Assembly (NCBI GenBank): GCA_040899905.1
Contig: JBBDZX010000005.1
Coordinates: forward strand, 809,763 to 873,762
Direction: 5' to 3'
Origin: Anaerolineales bacterium
Lineage (GTDB): Bacteria; Chloroflexota; Anaerolineae; Anaerolineales; E44-bin32
Length of the DNA: 64,000 bases
Shown: positions 41,850 through 52,100 of the stretch, one piece after another
Layout of the letters: every line of letters starts with the position of its first letter
How positions within the stretch are numbered: position 1 is the first letter of the stretch
Notes under the pieces: generated by a model
What the model was told of the DNA's origin: nothing
Database searches by the model: none
What the model saw: the letters and a program-made list of their open reading frames with translations, nothing else
Position numbers and translations under genes: made by a program

Positions 41850-41940
41850 GCCGGGCGGCCGGGTCAGGGACTGGGGTCCAGCCGCCAGCCACGGGCTCGA
41901 TGGCGGACGAACCCCAATTCCCGACCCTCGCAGGCCCGGC
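41850..41940 (-). promoter_or_regulatory. Long irregular hairpin in the rpsO-pnp intergenic leader (candidate RNase III site)
   Basis: Nested pairs GCCGGGC/GCCCGGC, GGGTC/GACCC, GGGA/TCCC, TGGGGT/ACCCCA, CCGCCA/TGGCGG. Confidence 0.6.
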
Positions 41941-41996
41941 GGAGAGTGAGTTGAATTCTAACCGACGATGGGGATGTGTGCCAACGCCGGCGCGGA

Positions 41997-42269
41997 CTAC
42001 TTGCGCCGGATGCCGAGCTTTTCCGTCAGGCTGAGATAGGTCGCGGCGTTCTCGCGCTTGAGGTAAGTCAGATGGCGCCGGCGCTGGCCCACGAGCTTGA
42101 GCAGACCTCGGCGGGAGGATTGGTCCGCCTTGTGGGCCCGTAGGTGCTCGGTGAGTTGTTCGATTCGGCGGGTGATGATCGCAATCTGGACTTCGGGCGA
42201 GCCGGTGTCGCCGTCGTGACGGTGGAACGAGTCGATCAGATTCGTCTTTTCTTCCTTGGAGAGGGTCAT
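41997..42269 (-). CDS. rpsO: 30S ribosomal protein uS15
   Basis: [10 protein letters not shown] and [14 protein letters not shown] motifs. Confidence 0.97.
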   Translation of the reverse strand: MTLSKEEKTNLIDSFHRHDGDTGSPEVQIAIITRRIEQLTEHLRAHKADQSSRRGLLKLVGQRRRHLTYLKRENAATYLSLTEKLGIRRK

Positions 42270-42349
42270 GACATCTGCTCCTGGGCAGGTCACCGGGTGC
42301 GCAGCCGAATGCCGCGCACCGGTCAAGTCACTCTGACGCGCCGATTATA
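42270..42349 (-). promoter_or_regulatory. rpsO promoter (-10 TATAAT) and hairpin leader
   Basis: TATAAT at 42344-42349; hairpin at 42293-42322. Confidence 0.55.
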
Positions 42350-43143
42350 CCTTCCGCCTCACGGTCGGACAAGGCGCGCTGAAGGCGCGCCCGCTGCCGT
42401 TCCGGGAAGTCCGTCAGATGGGTCAGGATGAGGTCCCGGGCATCCTCCCTGGCGTGCGGCAGGTCTTCCAACAGGGTTTGCGCGGCTTCGGCCGGACTGC
42501 GATGGATGGCCGCCCGCCAGGCTGCCGTCTGCGCCCGCCTCGGTTCGGCCCCGGCCTCGCGCGGGGTCGCGCCGAGGATTTGAAAGACCCGGGGCACGGG
42601 CGGAAAACCGGGATCTTCGAGCGCCGATTCGAGGCCGCGGAAACCGAATTCTCTCCAACGCGGGACGGCGCGTTCCAGGACTCGGGCGAGGAACTCCAGA
42701 AAGGCGGATGGATCCACCCGCCGCCATCCGGAGAGCGCCGGTCCCGCCAGCAGCCCCACCGCGCTGCCATCGCGCGCACGCAAGACCTTCGCCTCGGCCC
42801 ACTTGCCTGCGCCCGCGCCCTCGATCGTTTGAACCAGGGCCGCGGCCAGGGCCTGGCCCTCTCGGATTCCGCTTTGCCAAAGAGAGTCGGCCGAAGTGCG
42901 CGCGGCGTCGGGTCGGCCCTGGACTTCCATCGAGAGACTGCGGGCCACGGCCCGCAATACCGTCCGTGACACGCCGAGCACCCAGGGGCCGTCCTCATCC
43001 GGGCGCCAGACGGTCCTTCGTGTCCGGTCGGCATAGCCCTCGAGCAGGCTCAAACAGGCGCGTCGGAACTCGACGGGGTCATCCAGGAGCGCCGCCAGGC
43101 CTTCCGTTTGCCGCGCCAGGCGCGAGAGTTCGACCGCAGGCAT
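42328..43143 (-). CDS. Hypothetical all-alpha protein (possibly AlkD/HEAT-repeat-like)
   Basis: Start [12 protein letters not shown] 10 nt after the proS stop; helical composition. Confidence 0.65.
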   Translation of the reverse strand: MPAVELSRLARQTEGLAALLDDPVEFRRACLSLLEGYADRTRRTVWRPDEDGPWVLGVSRTVLRAVARSLSMEVQGRPDAARTSADSLWQSGIREGQALAAALVQTIEGAGAGKWAEAKVLRARDGSAVGLLAGPALSGWRRVDPSAFLEFLARVLERAVPRWREFGFRGLESALEDPGFPPVPRVFQILGATPREAGAEPRRAQTAAWRAAIHRSPAEAAQTLLEDLPHAREDARDLILTHLTDFPERQRARLQRALSDREAEGIIGASE

Positions 43144-43153
43144 CGGCGTCCGC

Positions 43154-44599
<1,446 letters not shown>

Positions 44600-44633
44600 T
44601 CAGGCGGATATGCGATTCTCTCGTTACACCGGC

Positions 44634-45701
44634 TCAACCACCGCCCAGGCGTCGATCGACGGCTCGGGCCACGGGTCGAAGCCAGACTTGGTCGAGCTGT
44701 TCGGCCTGGAGTGCACGGACGGGCGCGGGCGAGGCCGCGAGCAGGTCCAGCCACTCCTGTAGGAAGCGCCACATGAGCGCGTGGTCCCAGAGTTCGTCCC
44801 ACACCGCGTCCTCCCAGGTGAACTCCACGCGTCGGGCGATCGCATCCCGATAGCCGCGGACGAGGTCCGCCGACGAGGGCACGTGGTCCGCAAACCACCA
44901 TTCGCTTTTCGTGACGAAGACGAGCAAGTCCATGATCCCGGGGCCGACCCCGGCCAGCTGCCAGTCGTACACGGATTGCGTCCCGTCCTGGAGCGATCCA
45001 ATGTTCCCGGGCCAATAGTCGCCATGCAAGAGCGTGCTCGATTCGCGGCGGAGCGGCGCGGCCACTTCGGCCGCGTGCGCGGTCAGACGTTCGAGCAAGC
45101 GGATCCGGTCGCCGGACGCGGTTTCCTTCCCAGCCTCCCTCGAGAAGCGTTCCATTGCCTGATCCGCGGCCGCCTGGTGTACGGCAAAGTCCTCCTCCAG
45201 GGGCCGGGCGAGCCATGGGAAGGCGACCAGGTCCTCGGCCAGTCCCCAGAAGCGATCGTGCAGGAGAGCCAGGGCTTCTACGGCAGCCAGATAGTCGTCC
45301 CGAGACCAATGCGCGGCATCGCGCGCCACGCGAATCTCCTCCAGGATCAGCCAGTCACCCGCGGGAGACGAGGCGATCAACTGGGGGACCGGGACGGGGA
45401 GCTGAGGGGCCAGCGAGCGGTAGACCCCGACCTCCCGGCGTCCGGCGCCCGCCGTGCCGGTGCGCGTCGTGCCGCTCGGTTCCTTGACCACCAGGCGGAT
45501 CGAGCTGGATTCCCCTCCCTCGAATTCCACCAGGGTGCCTCGCACCCGGCCGATGGCAGGACGGCGGAAGGGCACGGTCAAAGGGCGCACGTCCATGACG
45601 CGGAGCGCGGGCGCTGCCAGATACCTGCGCAGCCCGGCCTCCAGGTCGCCCCTCGAGAAGGGCCACTCCCAGTTTTCCTCGCCCCGCCGGGCGACGGCCA
45701 C
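44634..45701 (-). CDS. APH/choline-kinase-like phosphotransferase
   Basis: LVVKE, REVGVY, LILEE, LLHGDYWPGNI and VYDWQ motifs. Confidence 0.85.
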   Translation of the reverse strand: MAVARRGEENWEWPFSRGDLEAGLRRYLAAPALRVMDVRPLTVPFRRPAIGRVRGTLVEFEGGESSSIRLVVKEPSGTTRTGTAGAGRREVGVYRSLAPQLPVPVPQLIASSPAGDWLILEEIRVARDAAHWSRDDYLAAVEALALLHDRFWGLAEDLVAFPWLARPLEEDFAVHQAAADQAMERFSREAGKETASGDRIRLLERLTAHAAEVAAPLRRESSTLLHGDYWPGNIGSLQDGTQSVYDWQLAGVGPGIMDLLVFVTKSEWWFADHVPSSADLVRGYRDAIARRVEFTWEDAVWDELWDHALMWRFLQEWLDLLAASPAPVRALQAEQLDQVWLRPVARAVDRRLGGG

Positions 45702-45704
45702 CCC

Positions 45705-46562
45705 TCAGCCTCCCTCGAGCATGCGGAGGAAATCTTCGGCCGCCGCCGCCGGATCTGTGACCGGCCGATCCGGATCGTTGCGCAAATAGTGCAGGTGGTC
45801 CATGATCCACAGGTAGAGATCCGCCTCGGTGCGATCGGTGAACTCTTCGAGGATTCCCGAACTTCGGATGACCTGGGCCACGGGACGGTACAGGCTCTCG
45901 TACCAGTGGCGGATCGCGTCTTCGCTCGAGACTTCCCGGCCCAGCTCCTGCCCCAGGAAGTAGCGATGGACCGCCAGGTGTTCGATCAGGCGGTCATAGC
46001 CGCCCAGGATGGTCGGCGTGATTTCGACTCCAGAGAGCACGCGGTCGATTTGAGTCCGCTCGAGGAATTCGACCCGATCGCCCAGGCGTTCCAGGTCGTC
46101 CGGCTCCACGTCGGGCGTGAGCGGGACGCGGGCCCGGACCTCGCGCACCTCGGCTTCCAAGAATTCCTGGCCCTGGTTGCGCGCCACCGAGACTCGATGG
46201 TGACCATCGACGACGAAGTATACATCGCCCACCTGATAGAGGATGATCGGCGGCAAACTGATATCGAGATACCAGGCCCGATTCACGCGACGCCATCGCT
46301 CCTCGATGTGAGATTTCATCGGAAGGAACGCCCGATCGAAGTCCCGATAGCGATCGACGCTTCCGACAATGTTCGACAGCCGCACCGTCTTCAGGCCGCG
46401 GTAGATCGGTCCGCCTAAGTGAAGTTTTTCACGAACTTCCTCGAAGGCCAGCAGCTTGCGCGAGTGGCCCGAGATCGCGCCCAGAATCCCGCCGAAGAAC
46501 GCCCTCAGCCGCGCGCGGCGGAAGTCCATCCCCTCCGGGGTCGGCAATCCCGAAATCATCAT
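45705..46562 (-). CDS. ParB/Sulfiredoxin-like domain protein with DUF4032-like C-terminus
   Basis: IVGSVDRYRDFDRAFLP, LPPIILYQVG..YFVVDGHHRVSVAR and RTEADLYLWI; ATG 46562 in an ATGA overlap. Confidence 0.82.
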   Translation of the reverse strand: MMISGLPTPEGMDFRRARLRAFFGGILGAISGHSRKLLAFEEVREKLHLGGPIYRGLKTVRLSNIVGSVDRYRDFDRAFLPMKSHIEERWRRVNRAWYLDISLPPIILYQVGDVYFVVDGHHRVSVARNQGQEFLEAEVREVRARVPLTPDVEPDDLERLGDRVEFLERTQIDRVLSGVEITPTILGGYDRLIEHLAVHRYFLGQELGREVSSEDAIRHWYESLYRPVAQVIRSSGILEEFTDRTEADLYLWIMDHLHYLRNDPDRPVTDPAAAAEDFLRMLEGG

Positions 46563-47164
46563 GCCCCGATCTCCAAATTCCGGTACGGGAAGACATTCAC
46601 CACCCGGGTCCCGTCCAGCATCGTTTGGCTCTCGTCGACATTGGCGTGGATGTGCGAGTGGCCATGGACCATCAGACGCGGCCGAGCGGAACGGACGAGG
46701 TTCCGGAATGCCACAAATCCCCGATGCACCCGGTCCGGGCCTTCGTGGATCCCCCGCGGGGGTGCATGCGTAACCAAGACGTCGAAGCCGCGGCCGCGGA
46801 GTATGCGCCACAAGAGAATGGAGGGCAGCAGGGCGGCCGTTCGGAACCTCATTTCGTTTTCCGTGTATTGGTGGCGGCCCTCGGGTTTGTAGCGGAGACA
46901 GCCCCCCAGCCCGGCAAAACGAAGTCCGCCGCGCTCGACGATGCGTCCATCGATCGACTCCCCGCCCGGCACGGCGATGTCATCCGGGTCGTGATTGCCG
47001 GGCACGTACAACAAGGGGACATTCAGCTCCGTGACCAAATACTCCAGGTAGCCTGACGGCAAGTCCCCGCACCCCAGGATCAGGTCGACCTCTCGAAAAC
47101 GATCCTGCACAGCCTGGCTGTATAACGAGCCCACGACCTCATCACTGACAGCGAGAACACGCAC
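46559..47164 (-). CDS. Calcineurin-like metallophosphoesterase
   Basis: AVSD, CGDL, PGNHD, THAPP and HGHSH motifs. Confidence 0.9.
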   Translation of the reverse strand: MRVLAVSDEVVGSLYSQAVQDRFREVDLILGCGDLPSGYLEYLVTELNVPLLYVPGNHDPDDIAVPGGESIDGRIVERGGLRFAGLGGCLRYKPEGRHQYTENEMRFRTAALLPSILLWRILRGRGFDVLVTHAPPRGIHEGPDRVHRGFVAFRNLVRSARPRLMVHGHSHIHANVDESQTMLDGTRVVNVFPYRNLEIGA

Positions 47165-47183
47165 GCGGTTCAGTCTCCCAGCG

Positions 47184-47220
47184 AAACGAAAACCGGCTTC
47201 CCGTGGATCTGGGAAGCCGG
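47184..47220 (-). terminator. Intrinsic terminator 20 nt upstream of the metallophosphoesterase start
   Basis: CCGGCTTCCC-N8-GGGAAGCCGG followed by TTTTCGTTT on the minus strand. Confidence 0.75.
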
Positions 47221-47345
47221 GGCGTTCAACGCCCGCCGAATCCTCAGCCAGACCCTAGGGTCGATGGGTTTCACTCGGCGGGACGCTCGGAGGACTCATC
47301 GCGGAGAGTTCAGCGGTCCCCTCGCATTTGTCCATCTCCGTCGTG

Positions 47346-47434
47346 AGCAGATTCTTCGGCGCTGCGCGCCTCAGAATGACAGACGGAGGCGCCGACCCCT
47401 TGCAGGTCATTCTGAGCGAAGCGAAGAATCTACT
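47346..47434. repeat. Inverted pair of REP-like units (GTCATTCTGAGCGAAGCGAAGAATCT type)
   Basis: AGATTCTTCG..CTCAGAATGAC (47349-47380) faces GTCATTCTGAGCGAAGCGAAGAATCT (47406-47431). Confidence 0.75.
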
Positions 47435-47547
47435 AGCGTGCCGGGTGTAGGTGTGCTTGCTAAGAGATGGCTGATCTCATAAGGGCCGGCGTTCGACTCG
47501 CGGTGAGGTGTCTTCGTCACCAAGAAGTTTCTTCGGCTCATGAGGGC

Positions 47548-47576
47548 AGTATAGAAGAAGGGGCCTCGCCTGTCAA
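47548..47576 (-). promoter_or_regulatory. Near-consensus sigma70 promoter overlapping the metK stop codon
   Basis: TTGACA(47576-47571)-17bp-TATACT(47553-47548). Confidence 0.75.
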
Positions 47577-48814
47577 CGCTCGGTTGCAGGCGAGGCCTCA
47601 ATCGGCGGGGCAGCGGCCGCCAAGCGGACCGCCTCGAGCCGGTCCAGCCGCTCCCATGGCAGATCGAGGTCATCCCGGCCGAAGTGGCCATAGCTCGCGG
47701 TCTGCTGGTAGATCGGCCGCCGCAGATCCAAGTCTCGGATGATGGCACCCGGACGCAAGTCGAAGGTGCTTTCAATCAAACGCTCGATGTCCACATCCGG
47801 AAGTCGCCCGGTGCCGAACGTCTCGACATGAATGGACAACGGGTGCGCCACGCCGATGGCGTAGGCGACCTGAATCTCACATCGATCTGCCAACCCGGCG
47901 GCGACGATGTGCTTGGCGACCCAGCGGGCCGCGTAGGCCCCGGACCGGTCGACCTTCGTCGGGTCCTTGCCGCTGAAGCATCCGCCGCCGTGGCGTCCCA
48001 TCCCGCCGTAGCTGTCGACGATGATCTTGCGGCCGGTGAGGCCGGCATCGCCCATGGGTCCCCCGACGACAAATCGGCCGGTCGGGTTGACGAAGATCTG
48101 AAGCTGGGCATCCACGAGGTCCGGCGGCAAGACATGGCCCAGGACGTGCTCCATAACACCCTCGCGGATCTCCTCCCCATCAACGTCGGCGGAGTGCTGC
48201 GTGCTGACCAGTACCGTCGCAAGCCGCGCTGGCTTGCCATGCCGGTATTCGACCGTGACCTGCGCCTTGCCATCCGGGCGGGCCCATGGCAGAGAGCCGT
48301 CCCGCCGGGCCGTCGCCAGTTGCCGGGTGATCCGGTGGGCGAGAAAAATGGGCAGCGGCATCAAGGTCGGGGTCTCATTGCAGGCGAATCCGAACATCAT
48401 CCCCTGGTCACCCGCTCCCAGCGACTCGATCGCGTCGGCGCCGCTGCTCCCGCGCGACTCGAGGGCATGGTCCACCCCGCGTGCGATATCCGGGCTCTGG
48501 CTGGCGATGGCGAGCTGAATGGCGCATGTCCTGCCGTCGAAGCCCTTCTCGCTGTTGTCGAATCCAACATCCAGGATCACCTTGCGAGCCACATCGGCGA
48601 AGTTGACCTGGGCACGGCTGGTGACCTCGCCGAGCAACAACACAAATCCGGTTTTGGTGGCCGCCTCGCACGCCACCCGCGACATCGGGTCGTCCTTCAG
48701 ACAGGCATCGACCACCGCATCCGAGATCTGGTCGCACAGTTTGTCCGGATGTCCTTCGGTGACGGACTCGGAGGTGAAGAAGGTGCGGGGCGAGCTCATG
48801 AAAGACAGACTCAT
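47573..48814 (-). CDS. metK: S-adenosylmethionine synthetase
   Basis: [33 protein letters not shown] and YGHFGR motifs. Confidence 0.98.
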   Translation of the reverse strand: MSLSFMSSPRTFFTSESVTEGHPDKLCDQISDAVVDACLKDDPMSRVACEAATKTGFVLLLGEVTSRAQVNFADVARKVILDVGFDNSEKGFDGRTCAIQLAIASQSPDIARGVDHALESRGSSGADAIESLGAGDQGMMFGFACNETPTLMPLPIFLAHRITRQLATARRDGSLPWARPDGKAQVTVEYRHGKPARLATVLVSTQHSADVDGEEIREGVMEHVLGHVLPPDLVDAQLQIFVNPTGRFVVGGPMGDAGLTGRKIIVDSYGGMGRHGGGCFSGKDPTKVDRSGAYAARWVAKHIVAAGLADRCEIQVAYAIGVAHPLSIHVETFGTGRLPDVDIERLIESTFDLRPGAIIRDLDLRRPIYQQTASYGHFGRDDLDLPWERLDRLEAVRLAAAAPPIEASPATER

Positions 48815-48833
48815 TCGACCTTGTCCTCGCTAG

Positions 48834-48862
48834 AAAAGAGCCCCTTCCTTTAGAGAAGGGGC
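48834..48862 (-). terminator. Expression-platform terminator of the SAM riboswitch
   Basis: GCCCCTTC-TCTAAAG-GAAGGGGC followed by TCTTTT. Confidence 0.8.
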
Positions 48863-48883
48863 GTCAGGGCCGGGCCAGACTCC

Positions 48884-48985
48884 CTCTCATCTTCCAGAAC
48901 GATCTGCCGGATTTGGCACCACGCCCCTTGGGGGTAGGTTGCCGAGGCGTCGCAGGGCCGGTCCCTCAGCCTCTCTGGATAAGAG
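48884..48985 (-). ncRNA. SAM-I (S-box) riboswitch
   Basis: CTCTTATCCAGAGAGGCTGAGGGA..GGCCC...GGCAACC...GGTGCCAAATCC...AAGATGAGAG upstream of metK. Confidence 0.95.
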
Positions 48986-49012
48986 TGTTTGGGGCAAATC
49001 GGTTGTCGGCGC

Positions 49013-49041
49013 ATAGTACCAGAACGTGGCGAGGGAGTCAA
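49013..49041 (-). promoter_or_regulatory. Sigma70 promoter of the SAM riboswitch and metK
   Basis: TTGACT-17bp-TACTAT. Confidence 0.7.
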
Positions 49042-49175
49042 CGGGGCGGCCCTGGGACCGACGTTGCCTTGACCGGCTGCCGCCGGAGCCTCATGATAGG
49101 ATATCCTACCGTGCATACCTCTTCGGACTCATGTGGCGCGGCGGACATAACCATTCCGCCCGGCGGCCATCCTCC

Positions 49176-52100
49176 TTGACCTCACCCGCGGCACCTTTCG
49201 GCCCGATCTCCACGGTCGCCCCCGCTGCTACAAAGGGCGGCGTAAGCCTCCGTTTCGCATCCCTCTTCCTATTGCTTGCCCTATTCGCCCTTGGGTCCGA
49301 CCGCCTCCATCGCGGCGGTGCGGCCGCCCAAGGCTTAGTCGCGGAGATCCAGGGCACCGTCGTCGACAGGGCGACGGGCTCGCCCGTCGCCGGCGCCGGC
49401 GTATCGATTCCGGATCTGAATCTGACGGACACCACGGACGGGGCCGGCCGTTTCGGCTGGAGCTCGGTCGGGATCCCCCAGACGCCATACCCAACGACGA
49501 TCACGGTCCAAGCCTCGGGCTATGGGGATTGGACCATCGTCGACGTTCGCTTGATCGCCGACGATACGTTGATTCTGAGCGTCGAACTCGGTCCCGATCC
49601 GGTTCAGGTCCTGGTCCCGCCGGCTGCCTCCGACCGCACCTCTACTCCGGCGGAACAGCTTGCCGCCGCCCAATTCGACTCGGTGACCGTGGACCAGACG
49701 GGGCTGCCCATCCCGCGCACGATTCGAGTGCGGGTGACCGGGTATCCCTACTGTGACACCAGCCGCCCCTACACGGTCCAGACCCTCGACTTCGCCGAGT
49801 ACGCCAAGCACGTCCTGCCGAATGAATGGGTGTCCTCCTGGCCGCGCGAGGCGCTTCGGGCCGGAGCCATGGCGGTCAAGATGTACGCCTGGTCGTATGT
49901 CGCCGCGGGCGGGAAGTGGCCGGACGCGGATGTGTACGACAGCACGTGCGATCAGGTCTACAACCCCAGCGTCGCCTACGGCTCCACGGACCGAGCGGTA
50001 GATTTCACGTTTGGTTGGCGCCTGACCCGCGATCTGGGGCTGGTGCGCACCTTCTATCGAGCGCATCTGAGCCAGTGTCCGGGCGGCCTCGGCAGCAATT
50101 GCATGGGCCAATACGAATCCCGGGATATGGCCCTCGACCTCTACACCTGGGACGAAATCCTTCTTTACTTCTATGACAACAGCGTGGTTTCAGCCGTCAG
50201 TCCGCCGCCCGGCGGTTGGTCGCTGCGATTTGAGGGCAATGGGTATGGCGACCTGGACCGGATCAAGGTCCAGCTGGATTCGCCGGCGCGTCCGGTCGAT
50301 GTCGGTCTGACCGACTTCACCGTGGAATGGTGGATGAAGGCTGCCTCCGGCGAAAACGGCAGTCCGGCGTGTACCCCTGGCGGGAATAATTGGGTTCTGG
50401 GCAATACCGTTCTGGACCGCGATGTCTCCGGCCCGGGCGACTTCGGAGACTTTGGAGTCTCCCTGTCCGGCGGGGTGATCGCCTTCGGCGTCCACAATGG
50501 GACGGTGGGGGAAACCCTGTGCGGAGTGACCCCGATCGCCAATGGGGCGTGGCACCATGTGGCGGTCACGCGCCGGGCCTCGGATGGCTGGATGGCTCTG
50601 TACGTGGACGGAGCGCTCGACCGCGAGGTCGATGGCCCGGATGGAGATCTCAGCTACCGGGATGGACGGCCGTCCGGGCTCCCCAATGACCCCTTCCTTG
50701 TGATCGGCGCCGAAAAACACGACACCAATCCATCGGCGAACCCTTCGTTCCGAGGTTGGCTCGACGAAATCCGGTTCTCGACCGTTGTCCGCTATGCGGG
50801 GCCGTACGCCACCCCCTCCGGTCCATTCACCTCCGATGGCGATACGGCCGCGCTCTTCCACTTCAATGAGGGCTTCGGAAACACCATCGGCGATGGCGCC
50901 GGAGCCGCCGGGGGACCGAGCCAGGGATTGCGGGTCTACGGCGGGATCGTAAATGGCCCCGAGTGGACGAGCGACTCGCCCTGGTACGTCGCCCCGACGC
51001 CGACGGCCACACTCGTCCCTACCGCGACGGCCGGCGGCGCGACTGCCACCCCCACTCCGACGCGGACCCCGACAAGTACGAACACGGCCTCGCCGACTCC
51101 CACGCGTACGAACACGCCCTCGCTGACGCCGACGGCCACCGCCACAAGCGTCACGCTGACGCCCACGCCGATGCTCCCGGGAGACGTCGCCCCCGGGTTG
51201 AACTTCCAGACCGTCGCCAGCGGCTTCACCGAACCCTTGTTCGTGACCCATGCCGGCGACCAATCTGGCCGGCTATTCGTCGTCCAGCGCAGCGGTCTGG
51301 TTCGCATCATATCGCCTTCGGGTGCGATTGTGAGTCCGGCGTTCCTAGACTTATCCTCCCTCATCACGAAATCAGGGTCCGAGCAGGGCGTGCTCGGCAT
51401 GGCCTTTCACTCCGACTACGTGAACAACGGGCTGTTCTATGTCACCTATAACAACACCGGCGGCGCCATCACCCTAGCCCGCTACCGTGTTTGGGCCGAC
51501 AACCCGGACCGGGCGGATGCCTCCAGCGGTACGGTGCTCCTTTCCATTCCGAAGCCGTACACCAATCACAACGGCGGCATGATCGCCTTCGGGGATGACG
51601 GGATGCTGTACATGTCGACCGGCGACGGCGGCGGGGGCGGCGATCCCCTCGGCAGCGGCCAGTCGCCGACGACATTGCTCGGGAAGATCCTGAGATTGGA
51701 CGTGGACACAGCCAGCCCGTACGCCGTCCCGATCGACAACCCGTTCTACAACGACCCGAACCCAGCGGTGCGTGAAGAGATTTGGGACTATGGCTTCCGC
51801 AACCCGTGGCGTTTCTCGTTCGATCGGTCGACGGGCGACCTGTGGATCGGCGATGTCGGCCAGGGGAACCGGGAGGAGATCGATTTCGAGCCCTCGGCCT
51901 CGGCCGGCGGGCTGAACTACGGTTGGAATGTGATGGAAGGCACCTCGTGCTACAGCCCTTCGTCGGGCTGCGACATGTCCGGCAAAGTCCTCCCCGTCAT
52001 CGACTACAACACGCATGACACGGGCAACTGCGCCGTGACAGGGGGCTACATCTATCGCGGTTCCCGCTACCCATCTCTCTGGGGTGTGTACTTCTACGCC

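Larger units (their letters stand above)
47184..47541 (-). ncRNA. Candidate ~355-nt structured RNA or attenuator leader
   Basis: Bounded by a consensus promoter and a terminator; extensive nested pairing (see findings). Confidence 0.5.

Noticed and set aside
45705-46562. Chromosome-partitioning ParB
   Set aside because: No adjacent parA, no parS palindrome noticed, and no evident HTH; only the nucleotide-binding fold is supported.
47184-47541. T-box, tmRNA, fluoride or SAH riboswitch identity for the candidate RNA
   Set aside because: No GGTGGNACCGCG T-box, no tRNA-like GGGG/CCA ends, and only fragmentary resemblance to fluoride or SAH consensus.
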